From an uncultured Chloroflexia bacterium (GTDB lineage Bacteria; Chloroflexota; Limnocylindria; Limnocylindrales; CSP1-4), in the NCBI GenBank assembly GCA_963752475.1, contig CAVVYR010000001.1, forward strand, positions 160,001-224,000: a DNA stretch of 64,000 bases, read 5' to 3'. The translations under genes and the position numbers were made by a program. Of the stretch, positions 1 through 9,749 are shown in pieces. Position 1 is the first letter of the stretch. Each line of letters begins with the position of its first letter. A model generated the notes under the pieces. It did not search any database. It worked only from the letters and a program-made list of their open reading frames with translations, and was not told where the DNA came from.

Positions 1-238
1 AAGACGGCCATGGGCGTGGCGGAGCGAGCACGCGACGCCGGCGCGAAGACCATCTGCTTCGGTGGCGGCGTCACGCCCGAAGGGAGCTGAGTTCATGCAC
101 TCCCTCGGCGTGATCACGATGCCGGTCACGGAGCGCCCGATGAGCCTCGAGGAGTGTGTGGCGGCCGGCACCGCCCCCATCGCCCGCGCGGCCGGGCGGG
201 CCGCCTTGCTCATGGACCTGGGCGGTGGCCTCGCCTGA
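1..238 (+). CDS. Glycerate kinase, C-terminal part (runs off window; apparent 1-nt frameshift near 82)
   Basis: KTAMGVAERARDAGAKTICFGG then, after a frame change, ...PVTERPMSLEECVA...LA*, resembling the GlxK C-terminus; stop overlaps the next ATG (TGATG). Confidence 0.6.
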   Translation, partial: RRPWAWRSEHATPARRPSASVAASRPKGAEFMHSLGVITMPVTERPMSLEECVAAGTAPIARAAGRAALLMDLGGGLA

Positions 239-1083
239 TGGCGGCGACGAAGAAGCGCAAGCCGGCCAAGCGGCGAAAGGCCGATCCCATCAAGCCCTGG
301 GCCAAGCGGCTCAAGGTCTCGCGACCGGACCTCGTCGAGTTCGTGCTCGACAATGTCCAGTCGCTCTACGGCATCCCGCAGTGGAAGCGGGTGCTGGACC
401 CGACGTCCGAGCTGATCCTGGTGATCCTCACGCAGAACTCGGCCGACATCAATGCCGAAAAGGCCTTCGATGCGCTGCGCCTGGCGTATCCCTCGGACCA
501 CTCGCTCGTGGAGCGAGGTGTGCCGGCCGAGATGGAGATGGAGGACTACCGACCGGGCTGGGGCGGGAGCGGCTGGGCGGTGCTGCCGCCGCCTGACTGG
601 ACGCGCGTGGAGGTGGCACCGCTCGACGAGCTCGTCGACGTCATCCGCCCGGCCGGTCTGGCCAACCAGAAAGCGGCCCGCATCAAAGCCTCGCTGGCCA
701 GGCTGCGCGAGGAGCGTGGCGACCACTCGCTCGAGTTCCTGGGGGAGATGGAGCCGCTGGAGGCTCGCGATTGGCTCACCAGCATCGGGGGCATCGGCGT
801 CAAGACGGCCTCGGTGGTGCTGATGATGTCGTTCGGGATGCCCTTGATGCCGGTGGACCGCCACGTCGATCGCGTCTCGAAGCGCATCGGACTGATGCCG
901 CCCAAGGTGTCCGCCGAGGAGGCACACGATCGGTATCTGGCGCTGCTCGAACCGGAGCAGTGCTACCCCATGCACGTGGGGCTCATCACGCACGGGCGCA
1001 ACCTCTGTGACGCACGTTCGCCACGTTGCGACGAGTGCCCGATCGCCCTTCGCTGCCGCTACGTGGACCGCCGCGCCCCGTAG
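238..1083 (+). CDS. nth: Endonuclease III-like HhH-GPD DNA glycosylase with 4Fe-4S cluster
   Basis: LILVILTQN, GIGVKTA (HhH Lys), PVDRHV (catalytic Asp), C-x6-C-x2-C-x5-C. Confidence 0.9.
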   Translation: MAATKKRKPAKRRKADPIKPWAKRLKVSRPDLVEFVLDNVQSLYGIPQWKRVLDPTSELILVILTQNSADINAEKAFDALRLAYPSDHSLVERGVPAEMEMEDYRPGWGGSGWAVLPPPDWTRVEVAPLDELVDVIRPAGLANQKAARIKASLARLREERGDHSLEFLGEMEPLEARDWLTSIGGIGVKTASVVLMMSFGMPLMPVDRHVDRVSKRIGLMPPKVSAEEAHDRYLALLEPEQCYPMHVGLITHGRNLCDARSPRCDECPIALRCRYVDRRAP

Positions 1084-1104
1084 CTCGAGCAGTGGCGGCC
1101 ACGC

Positions 1105-1361
1105 TCGCCGGGCATCGTCGCGCCTCGTGTCGCCGGCGCTCTCCAGGTCGCGTCGCCGGGTATCGTCGCGCCACGGTGGCGCTGTCTAGCCAGGTACCTC
1201 GGCGCCCTGTGTCGCCGGGTATCGTCGCGCCTCGTGTCGCGGCGCTTTCCAGGTCGCGTCGCCGGGTATCGTCGCGCCACCGTTGCCCCGTGTCGCGAGG
1301 CACCTCGGCGCCCTGTGTCGCTGGGCATCTTCGCGCCTCGTGTCGCGGCGCTTTCTGGTCG
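1105..1361. repeat. About 2.4 copies of a ~106-bp imperfect tandem repeat with an internal 20-nt sub-repeat
   Basis: TCGCCGGG(C/T)ATCGTCGCGCC-like motif near 1105, 1152, 1212, 1259, 1318. Confidence 0.85.
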
Positions 1362-1639
1362 GATGTCAGCCCGGGTCGCCTTCGGCCCGAAACCTGCTGT
1401 GACCGTCGGAGTCTCACCGGAACGCCATGCCCTACATGACTCGGGTATGCCCATGGCGGGTGGGAAGCGGCAAGCCCGGTCCGGTCGGCCGCTTGCTATC
1501 CGCGCGCTATCTGGCCTAAGGCCGCATGGCGTGACATTCGACACGAAACCGTGGCCGCCTTCCGGTCAGAAGTCGGCTCTGAGTCCCTTGGACGGGCCCG
1601 CCGTGTGACTCGAACCCGCAGTGTGACCAGAACCTCGCT

Positions 1640-1813
1640 GTGCCAGGCGCAGTGCGGGGTCAGTGCCTGGCGCTGTGCCCGGCGCAGTGCGGGGTCAGTG
1701 CGGGGCGTCAGTGCGGGGTCAGTGCCGGGCGCAGTGCGGGGTCAGTGCCGGGCGCAGTGCGGGGTCAGTGCCTGGCGCAGTGCCGGGCGCAGTGCGGGGT
1801 CAGTGCCAGCGCA
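1640..1813. repeat. Minisatellite of ~15 mixed 11/12-nt units
   Basis: Units GTGCGGGGTCA and GTGCCnGGCGCA in tandem. Confidence 0.9.
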
Positions 1814-1821
1814 GCGCAGAA

Positions 1822-2181
1822 TCAGCGCAGGATCGCGACTACCGCGCTCAGCGTCAGGATGGCGACGACGGCGAGGGCCAGCAGCAGCGTGCGCCGGTCG
1901 CCGACCGACCCGTACTCCCACGCCGTCATCAGCAACCCGATGACCGGGGTAGCCACGACCGCGTAGGCACCGGCGGTGGCCCAGGCCCAGGGCGTCAGCG
2001 CCACGAGCCCGTCGAGCACGGTCGCGACATCGGTCATCTCGCCGCTCCCCGGCTCCGCGCCCAGGACCTCCAGCAGCATGGCCACCGCGAAAAACGCGCC
2101 AGCCACGAACACGCCGGCCGTGATGGCGGTGCTGGTGAGGCGGCGGGGAGCACCCTCGTGAACGGGCGGCCGTGTCGTCAT
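1822..2181 (-). CDS. DUF1634-like membrane protein (TauE partner)
   Basis: Three hydrophobic segments, VVATPV motif, ATGA overlap with the TauE gene. Confidence 0.7.
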   Translation of the reverse strand: MTTRPPVHEGAPRRLTSTAITAGVFVAGAFFAVAMLLEVLGAEPGSGEMTDVATVLDGLVALTPWAWATAGAYAVVATPVIGLLMTAWEYGSVGDRRTLLLALAVVAILTLSAVVAILR

Positions 2182-3005
2182 AGGGCCAGCCACTCGAGGA
2201 ACATCGAGACCGCGAACACCGCGGCCACGATGACGAAGGCCAGTCGCAGCACATCCTGCGAGAGCCGCATCGAGAGACGCGCCCCCAGGCGGGCTCCGAC
2301 GATGACGCCCAGGGCCACCGGCGCCGCCAGCAACGGGTCGATCTGACCGGAGATGAGGTAGAGCACCGCGGCCGTGGTGGCCGTGGCCGCGAGCATGTAA
2401 GTGCTGGTGGTCGTGGCCACTCGGATGGGCACGCCCATGAGGACGTTCATGGTGGGCACGTTGATGACGCCGCCACCCACGCCGAGCAGGCCGGCCACGT
2501 TGCCCGCGAAGTAGGAGACCAGCGTCCCGGGCACGACGCGCCGCGCCCGATAGGCGACCTCCTCGCCGGTGGTCGGCTCCACGAAGGTCGAACCGAAGCC
2601 GACGCCGCGGTCCTCGTCGGCCACCGGTGTCGGTGCTACCGGATGACGGATCTGCCAGAGCATGCGCAGGGCCACGAGCGTGAGCAAGACCGAGAACAGC
2701 AGTGCCAGCGTGCGGCCGTCAAGGTAGCCAGACGCGAGGCCGCCGCTCAAGCCACCGAGCGTGGCCGCCACCAGCAGCAGCATCCCCAACCGCCGGTCGG
2801 CGAGACCGGAGCGGATGTAGCGCGGCGAGGCTGAGAGCGAGGTGGCGATGACGCCGATGAGGCTGGCTGCGATGGCGACCTTGACGTCATAGCCGAGCAC
2901 CACCGAGAGCAGTGGCACGATCACGAGCCCACCGCCGATGCCCACCATGGACCCGAAACCGCCCGCCGCGATGGAGACGAGGAAGGCGATGAGCGCCGCG
3001 CTCAC
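2178..3005 (-). CDS. Sulfite exporter TauE/SafE family
   Basis: GSMVGIGGGLVIVP and GLLGVGGGVINVP repeats; multi-TM. Confidence 0.9.
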   Translation of the reverse strand: MSAALIAFLVSIAAGGFGSMVGIGGGLVIVPLLSVVLGYDVKVAIAASLIGVIATSLSASPRYIRSGLADRRLGMLLLVAATLGGLSGGLASGYLDGRTLALLFSVLLTLVALRMLWQIRHPVAPTPVADEDRGVGFGSTFVEPTTGEEVAYRARRVVPGTLVSYFAGNVAGLLGVGGGVINVPTMNVLMGVPIRVATTTSTYMLAATATTAAVLYLISGQIDPLLAAPVALGVIVGARLGARLSMRLSQDVLRLAFVIVAAVFAVSMFLEWLAL

Positions 3006-3082
3006 GGGCGCGTGCTCAGGTAGGGGTCAGAGAGTCGGGTGAGCTCCACGACGTCCAAGGATAGCCGGGCTACCATCAGGGT

Positions 3083-4279
3083 ATGTCCATGTTCGCTGAT
3101 CTCGAGCCCCGTGCACCCGACGCCATCCTGGGGCTGATGGAGCGCTTCCGCGCAGACGACCGGCCCGACAAGGTGTCGCTCGCCTCGGGTGTCTATGTCG
3201 ACGAGTCCGGCACCACGCCCGTGCTCGAAACCGTCCGCGAGGCCGAGGCGCGCATCCTCGCCGTTCAGACCACCAAGGTCTACAAGCCCATCGGCGGCGA
3301 TCCGGCCTACACCGGCCCCGTCCGCGACCTCGTCTTCGGGGCCGACCATCCGGCTGTCACCGACGGCCGCGTAGAGACCATGCACACCCCCGGCGGGACC
3401 GGTGCCCTGCGTGTCGCCGGCGACCTCGTCTCGGCCATCAGCCCGAACGCTTCGGTCTGGCTCTCGACCCCGACCTGGCCGAACCACCCACAGGTATTCG
3501 CCGCGGCCGGCCTGCCCATCCGCTCGTACCCATACCTTGGGGCGGACGGCGAGCTCGACATCGACACCCTGCTGGGGGTGCTCAAGGGCGTGCCCGCGGG
3601 CGACGTCGTCGTGTTGCATGGCTGCTGCCACAACCCTACCGGCATCGACCCCACGGCCGAGGATTGGGAGCGCATCGCCGACGCAGTGGCCGAGGCCGGC
3701 GCTCTGCCCCTCCTCGACTTCGCCTACCAGGGCTTCGCCGATGGGCTCAGCCAAGACGCGAAGGGCCTGCGCGCATTGCTCGCTCGCGAGCGGACGATGT
3801 TCGTGGCCAGCAGCTTCAGCAAGAACTTCGCGCTCTACGACGAGCGCGTCGGAGCCCTCTCCATCGTCGGGGCCGACCCCGGGGAGACGGCCACGCTGCT
3901 CTCGCACGCCAAGGGCGTGATCCGTTCGAACTACTCCAACCCACCCGCGCACGGCGGTGAGATCGTGGCCACCGTCCTCTCGGATGCCGCCCTCACCGAA
4001 CGGTGGGTCGAAGAGGTCGGCGTGATGCGCGACCGCATCAACGGCAACCGCGCCAAGTTCGTCGAAGGCTTGCAGGCCGCCGGCGCACCCGGCAACCACG
4101 AAGCGCTGATGCGCCAGCGAGGCATGTTCTCGCTGCTACCGCTGGGCGAGGAGCGCGTGGCTCGGCTGCGTGACGACTTCGGCGTCTACGTCGTGGGCAA
4201 GGGTCGCGTGAACGTGGCCGGCCTGACCGCGCGGAACCTGGGACCCGTGTGCCGGGCCATCGCCTCCGTCACCGCCTGA
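3083..4279 (+). CDS. aspC: Aspartate/aromatic amino acid aminotransferase (AspC/TyrB)
   Basis: PGGTGALR, HGCCHNPTG, DFAYQGF, SFSKNFALYDERVG. Confidence 0.92.
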   Translation: MSMFADLEPRAPDAILGLMERFRADDRPDKVSLASGVYVDESGTTPVLETVREAEARILAVQTTKVYKPIGGDPAYTGPVRDLVFGADHPAVTDGRVETMHTPGGTGALRVAGDLVSAISPNASVWLSTPTWPNHPQVFAAAGLPIRSYPYLGADGELDIDTLLGVLKGVPAGDVVVLHGCCHNPTGIDPTAEDWERIADAVAEAGALPLLDFAYQGFADGLSQDAKGLRALLARERTMFVASSFSKNFALYDERVGALSIVGADPGETATLLSHAKGVIRSNYSNPPAHGGEIVATVLSDAALTERWVEEVGVMRDRINGNRAKFVEGLQAAGAPGNHEALMRQRGMFSLLPLGEERVARLRDDFGVYVVGKGRVNVAGLTARNLGPVCRAIASVTA

Positions 4280-4502
4280 CCGGACGGCATCACGCCATCG
4301 GTACTGGTGACGCGATGCCTACAGTCTGGAGCAGAGGGGTAGTCAAGTGCGGTCTGTGGGGGTAGCCTCGGACGACCGATGACCCGATAGTACGGGGGTG
4401 AACGTCGTCTTCTCACCCCCACCCCGTACTTCCGTTCGGAGCCCGCTGGTTCCGGCCGGTCGGTTCATCCCGCCAGCACCGCCCCAGCAGAAAAGGCGAA
4501 GG

Positions 4503-5183
4503 ATGAGCGCGACATTCGCTACTATCACCTCCCGCATGCGACTCAATCTCTTCGCACGTAACCAGGACCAAGAGCCCGATCAGCCGGCGCCGGATGAGCC
4601 GGGGGCGGCCGCCGCCAGGCCCCCGAACGGCAAGACCTTCGCTGCCGACGAGGTCGTCTGGGGCATCGTCATCCGCAACGGCTTCGACGAGATCGATGAT
4701 CCCGGGTACCACCGTGGGACCACGCAGCATGCCTACCTCGAAGGCAACGACAACGTGGCCATCTGCGGCTTCCACCCGCCACAGTCGGGTCCACGCACGC
4801 GTCGCCGATCACGCCTGGGTCTGCCCACCACGGGTGAGCATCCCATGTGTGGCAGCTGCGCTCGCCTCGTGGTGGCACCGCGACCGCGGGTCCCGGTTCC
4901 CGTCCAGGGCAGCCGCCCGCCGGTGGCCGTGCCCGTGGCTCGTCCCACCCAGCAGCCGACTCCTCCGCCGCTGGCCGTGCCCGTCAACGGCCAGGCCCAG
5001 ACCACGCCGATGCCGGCTACGCCTGCCGCTGATGCCGGCGCCAGCAGCGTCTCACCGTGGGTGCGCAACCGCACCGATGCGGTCGACACCGGCGAGGCCA
5101 CCGTCAGCATCGAGCTGGGTGCCTTGCACGACGGCGGCCTGCTGAAGCGCGGCGTCCACGCCGAGGTCGAACACGACGACTGA
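4503..5183 (+). CDS. Hypothetical protein with a putative Zn-binding motif and Pro-rich linker
   Basis: Long ORF with GC3 bias; QHAY..AICG..PMCGSC; start uncertain. Confidence 0.6.
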   Translation: MSATFATITSRMRLNLFARNQDQEPDQPAPDEPGAAAARPPNGKTFAADEVVWGIVIRNGFDEIDDPGYHRGTTQHAYLEGNDNVAICGFHPPQSGPRTRRRSRLGLPTTGEHPMCGSCARLVVAPRPRVPVPVQGSRPPVAVPVARPTQQPTPPPLAVPVNGQAQTTPMPATPAADAGASSVSPWVRNRTDAVDTGEATVSIELGALHDGGLLKRGVHAEVEHDD

Positions 5184-5217
5184 TCCGACCGATCCGAACG
5201 GCCGACGCTAGAGAGAG

Positions 5218-5250
5218 GCCGCCCGATCCCACCGTGCGGGTTCGGGCGGT
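5218..5250. terminator. Hairpin between convergent genes
   Basis: GCCGCCCGA...TCGGGCGGT. Confidence 0.5.
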
Positions 5251-5267
5251 TCGTCGTTCCCGGGGAC

Positions 5268-6275
5268 CTACTCCGTCGGCTTGACCACGATCTTCAGGCC
5301 GTTTCGCGCGACGAGGTCGTCGAAGGCCTTGGCGCCCTCGGCCAATGCGTAGGTCGCGCTGATCATGCCCTCGAGCGAGACGATGCCGTGGTCGGCCAGC
5401 TCGATGGCTCGCAGCATGTGGATGGCCTTCATCCGTCGCGACCAGGCGACCGTCAGGCCCTTGCGCCGGACCTCGCCTGCCGGGAACGAGTGCTGATCGC
5501 TGGGCGGGATGCCCACGACCGTGACCCGACCGCCGCGCTTGGCGGTGATCATCGCGGTCGTCAGCGCGCCGTCCTCACCGGCGACCTCGAACGTCACGTC
5601 GACCTTGGGCACGTCACCGATGCCGGACGGCATCCCGTCGTCGTCCGCCAGCCAGGCCTCGTCGGCACCGGAGGCCAGGGCCGCCTCCACGCGGTGGGGC
5701 TTGACGTCGCTGGCGATGACGCGACCCGCGCCCAGAGCCTTGAGGGTTCGGATGAGGAAGAGGCCGATGGGGCCGGTACCGAATACGCCCGCGCTCATGC
5801 CCGGCTTGAAGTGGCTCAAGTCGATGCCGTGGAGGGCGATCCCGAGCGGTTCCAGCAGCGCGATGTCATCACCCTCGATGCTGTCGGGCGCGGGCAGCAG
5901 CAGTCGCTGCGGCCAGGCCATGTACTCACGCAGTCCGCCGTGGACGGGGGCATGGCCGAGGAAGCGGACGTCTGGGCAGAGGTTGCCGTTGCCGACGCGG
6001 CAGTGCTCGCACTGGCCGCAGGTGTTGGCTGGCTCGACGATGACGCGCTCGCCTTCTCGAGGGCCCGAGACGATGACGCCGCCCAGCTCATGGCCCAGCA
6101 CGAGGGGCTCGTCGACGACCGATTCGCCGATGCCGCCGTCCTCGTACCAGTGGAGGTCGGAGCCGCAGAGGCCGACCGCGGTGACGCGGACGAGTTCCTC
6201 GCCGGGGTCCGGCTCGGGCGTTGGTTCCTGGTGGATACGGACGTCACTGGCGCCGTGTAGTCGAAGCACTTCCAT
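5268..6275 (-). CDS. Zn-dependent alcohol/polyol (sorbitol-like) dehydrogenase
   Basis: GLCGSDLH, LGHE, CGQCEHC..C, GTGPIG. Confidence 0.9.
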   Translation of the reverse strand: MEVLRLHGASDVRIHQEPTPEPDPGEELVRVTAVGLCGSDLHWYEDGGIGESVVDEPLVLGHELGGVIVSGPREGERVIVEPANTCGQCEHCRVGNGNLCPDVRFLGHAPVHGGLREYMAWPQRLLLPAPDSIEGDDIALLEPLGIALHGIDLSHFKPGMSAGVFGTGPIGLFLIRTLKALGAGRVIASDVKPHRVEAALASGADEAWLADDDGMPSGIGDVPKVDVTFEVAGEDGALTTAMITAKRGGRVTVVGIPPSDQHSFPAGEVRRKGLTVAWSRRMKAIHMLRAIELADHGIVSLEGMISATYALAEGAKAFDDLVARNGLKIVVKPTE

Positions 6276-6442
6276 AGCTCCACCATAGCGGGCTCGACCG
6301 GCGCTGCCGTGGGCCATGAAGCCCCTCGGGTGGTGCGTTCTGTCAACCGTCCGTGGAAGGTGTTCGCGTATCCTTCGGGTGTGGCCGGCGCACGTGCCGT
6401 GCGTGTCGTCGTGTCACGACCGTGAGGAGTCTCTATCGCCTG

Positions 6443-7111
6443 ATGGCCACTGAGCATGTGCATGTGCCCGCACACGCGTCCGACTGGGCCACGCCGAACC
6501 CCGCCCCTGCAGACCCCGCGTGGACGCCTGCGCCGGCCCTCGAACGGCCGCGTACGCCCGCCGATGAGGGCCTGATCGAGGTCGCCTCGGCGCTGGTGCC
6601 GGGAAAGGCGCTGGACCTCGGCTGTGGTGAGGGCGAGAACGCCATCTGGCTCGCCCAACGCGGCTGGATCGTCAACGCCGTGGACGTATCGGCGGGCGCC
6701 ATCAGCCAAGCCCGCGAGTACGCCGCAGCCGCCGGCGTCGAGTCCACCATCGTCTTCGGTGCCGCCGACATCGCCCGCTGGACACCACGTTCGCGCTACG
6801 ACCTCGTCTTCTGCACCTTCGCGCTGCCAGCGCGCGGCATGGGCCGCAGCCGGATGCTCGAGACCGCCGCGGCCGCCGTCGCACCCGGCGGCACCATCCT
6901 CATCACCGAGTTCGACGCCTCGCTGCGACGTGATGGCTCGATGCCAGAGAAGTACCTCGTCTCGGTGGAGGAGCTCGAACGCCACCTCGGCGGCTTCCGC
7001 ATCGAGCACGCCGGTGTCCGCCGGGCCCGCCACCGCCACGGCTACGAAGAGCGTGTGCTGCCGGTGGCCAACATCATCGCCACTCGCCGCACCGACCTGC
7101 GCAGCTTCTAG
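6443..7111 (+). CDS. Class I SAM-dependent methyltransferase (TehB-like)
   Basis: ALDLGCGEGENAIWLA; GAGGAG upstream. Confidence 0.85.
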   Translation: MATEHVHVPAHASDWATPNPAPADPAWTPAPALERPRTPADEGLIEVASALVPGKALDLGCGEGENAIWLAQRGWIVNAVDVSAGAISQAREYAAAAGVESTIVFGAADIARWTPRSRYDLVFCTFALPARGMGRSRMLETAAAAVAPGGTILITEFDASLRRDGSMPEKYLVSVEELERHLGGFRIEHAGVRRARHRHGYEERVLPVANIIATRRTDLRSF

Positions 7112-7157
7112 CGACAGCATCCGACCCCAGCCCCGACCAAGGCCGTATGCTCGCGCG

Positions 7158-7784
7158 GTGAAAGAACAGCGACCGAGGGCAAGCGACGACATCGACTGGG
7201 AGGCCGCCTACGCCGGCGACGTGCCCGACACACCCGTGGATCGCGACGTGGTCAGGATCGCGACCGAGCTGCCAGCCGGCTCGGCCCTGGACCTCGGTTG
7301 CGGCACCGGCCAGAACAGCATCTGGCTGGGCGCCCGAGGCTGGCGAGTCCACGGCGTGGACGTGGCCCGGGGCGCGATCCGGCGAGCCCAGTCAGCCGCC
7401 GCCAAGGCCGGCGTGACGGCCTCGTTCGAGAACGCCGATGTCACGACCTGGCGCACGAAGGAACGCTACGACCTGGTCATCTCCACGTATGCCCTGCCCT
7501 CCCGTGGTCCCGGCCGCACGCACGCGCTCGCCGTCGCCTGTGATGCCGTGGCCCCGGGCGGTACGCTGCTGATCTGCGACTTCGACGAATCGCTGGCCGA
7601 CTCGGGCTGGATGGCGGCGGACCACCTGGTCAGCCTCGACGAGATCACCGAAGCCCTGCCTGGCTTCGAGCTTGACGAGGCCGAGGTGCGCTTGACCCAG
7701 CACAGCCATGGGTCCGAGGCGAGCGACCTGCCCGTGGCCATCGTCGTGGCCCGCCAACCGGGCCCACTCACACAGGAGGCCTGA
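7158..7784 (+). CDS. Class I SAM-dependent methyltransferase, paralog of the upstream gene
   Basis: ALDLGCGTGQNSIWLG, RYDLV, AVAPGGT. Confidence 0.85.
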   Translation: MKEQRPRASDDIDWEAAYAGDVPDTPVDRDVVRIATELPAGSALDLGCGTGQNSIWLGARGWRVHGVDVARGAIRRAQSAAAKAGVTASFENADVTTWRTKERYDLVISTYALPSRGPGRTHALAVACDAVAPGGTLLICDFDESLADSGWMAADHLVSLDEITEALPGFELDEAEVRLTQHSHGSEASDLPVAIVVARQPGPLTQEA

Positions 7785-8963
7785 GTGCGCGTCATCGGCA
7801 TGATCTCCGGCACCAGCGCCGATGCCATCGAGGCCGTCTGCTGCCAGATCGACGGTGCGCCGCCACGCCTGCAGCTGAAGGTGCTGATGGCGCAGACGAC
7901 GCCGATCCCGATCGAGCTGCAGCGGCGTATCCATGCCGCTGCCACGGTCGAGGGCAGCGATGTCGAGTCGATCACGCTGCTGGACGCGGAGATCGGCGAG
8001 CTGTTCGGGCAGGCTGCCATCGACCTCGCCACCGAGATGGGCATGGGTATCGAGCACGTCGATCTGATCGGCTCGCACGGACAGACGATCTGGCACGCGG
8101 TGCGCGACGACGGCTCGGTGGAAGGTTCGCTGCAGATCGGCAACGGCGCCCGGGTCGCCGAGCGGACGGGTGTCACCACGGTCAGCGACCTGCGATCACG
8201 TGACATCGCGGCCGGCGGCCAGGGTGCGCCGATCGTGGCCTACGTCGACTGGCTGTTGAGCCGGCACGAGACGGCCTATCGGGCAATACAAAATCTCGGC
8301 GGCATCGGCAACGTGGCCTACCTGCCCCCGTTCTCGGACGACACGACCTCGCCGCTCGCCTTCGACACCGGGCCGGCCAACGTGCTCGTGGATGTGCTCA
8401 TGACGCTCATCTCCGAGGGTGAGGTCTCCTTCGACGAAGACGGCCGCACAGCGGCCTCGGGCACCGTCGACGAGGCCTGGATCAGCGAGCTGCTGGCGCA
8501 TCCCTACTTCGGGCTGGAGCCACCGAAGACCACCGGTCGCGAGCTCTTCAGCCCGGCGATGGGGAGAGCGATCCTGGGCCGGGGACGAGCACGCAGCCTC
8601 AGCGAGGCCGACATCGTGGCCACCGTCACCGCCTTCTCGGCGGAGTCCGTCGCCGACCAATACCGCCGGTTCCTGCCGGTGCCACCCGACGAGGTCATCG
8701 CCGCTGGCGGTGGCACGCGCAACCCGGTGTTCATGACCCGACTGGCGGCGGCGCTGCCCGGTGCTCGTGTCATGACCTACGAGGACCTCGGCTACGCCAG
8801 CCACCAGAAGGAGGCCATGGCCGTGGCCGTGCTGGCATACGAGACATGGCACGGCCGGCCCGGAACGCTGCCGGCGTTCACCGGCGTCAGCCACCCGGTG
8901 CTCATGGGCGCCATCGACCTCGGCGCCCGAAGGCCTGACTGGATACACCCCAGCGGCTCCTGA
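7785..8963 (+). CDS. anmK: Anhydro-N-acetylmuramic acid kinase
   Basis: IGMISGTSAD, IGSHGQT, GGQGAP, NLGGIGN, FDTGPAN, PPKTTGRE. Confidence 0.93.
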   Translation: MRVIGMISGTSADAIEAVCCQIDGAPPRLQLKVLMAQTTPIPIELQRRIHAAATVEGSDVESITLLDAEIGELFGQAAIDLATEMGMGIEHVDLIGSHGQTIWHAVRDDGSVEGSLQIGNGARVAERTGVTTVSDLRSRDIAAGGQGAPIVAYVDWLLSRHETAYRAIQNLGGIGNVAYLPPFSDDTTSPLAFDTGPANVLVDVLMTLISEGEVSFDEDGRTAASGTVDEAWISELLAHPYFGLEPPKTTGRELFSPAMGRAILGRGRARSLSEADIVATVTAFSAESVADQYRRFLPVPPDEVIAAGGGTRNPVFMTRLAAALPGARVMTYEDLGYASHQKEAMAVAVLAYETWHGRPGTLPAFTGVSHPVLMGAIDLGARRPDWIHPSGS

Positions 8964-9535
8964 TGCCCGGACATCAATCCCCGGTCGACATCCCGCCGAC
9001 CGCGCCGATCCACCGTGACGGGCTCCAGCTGCGCTACGGATCGGTCCCGCTGCTGCTCGGCCGCGATCCCGTCGCGGTCCACGTGGCGACCACGAGCGAG
9101 ATGGCCGCGATCATCGAGGGCGAGGTCTTCGACCTGGCCCAGCTGCACGTCCACTGCCCCAGCGAGCACACCTTCGGCGGCGCGCACACGCCCATGGAGC
9201 TGCACCTCGTGCACCAGTCCCTGACAGGCCGGATCGCGGTCGTCGGAGTGACGTTCGTGGAGGGCCAAGAGAACCCCGCGCTGGGCGCTTTCATCGCGGC
9301 GATCGATGACGAGGATGCGCCGGCGTCGATCGACCTGCGCTCGCTCGTGCCAGGTGACCTCTCGCACGTGGCCTACGAGGGCTCGCTGACGACGCCGCCC
9401 TACACCGAGGGCGTGGTCTGGCGGGTCCTCGTCCGGCCGAGCACGCTGTCGGCGGAGCAGTCGTTAGCGCTGCGCGCCGTCCACGACGGCAACGCCCGCC
9501 CGGTCCAGCCCATGGGCGAACGCACCTTCGGCTGA
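8963..9535 (+). CDS. Alpha-class carbonic anhydrase (short, no signal peptide)
   Basis: QSPVDI, QLHVH, SEH, MELHLVH, YEGSLTTPP, NARPVQP. Confidence 0.85.
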   Translation: MPGHQSPVDIPPTAPIHRDGLQLRYGSVPLLLGRDPVAVHVATTSEMAAIIEGEVFDLAQLHVHCPSEHTFGGAHTPMELHLVHQSLTGRIAVVGVTFVEGQENPALGAFIAAIDDEDAPASIDLRSLVPGDLSHVAYEGSLTTPPYTEGVVWRVLVRPSTLSAEQSLALRAVHDGNARPVQPMGERTFG

Positions 9536-9749
9536 CGCCGTCCATACCGTCACGACCGGCCTGGCCCTGCTTGACGCGCCGGGGTGAGGCCCTACCTGAC
9601 GCGCTGGGGTGAGGCCCGCTTTCGAGATCTGGCGTGCGCGAGGCTGTCCTCAAGGCGCTCGCTTCGGGTGGTGACCGCGTGCTGTTCGGCGAGGCAGAGG
9701 CTGCCGGTTCGCCACCGGTCAGCGTCCCCCGCAGCGATATCCTCGCGGA

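Noticed and set aside
1105-1813. CRISPR array
   Set aside because: The spacers are themselves repeated, the units are too short or irregular, and there are no cas genes.
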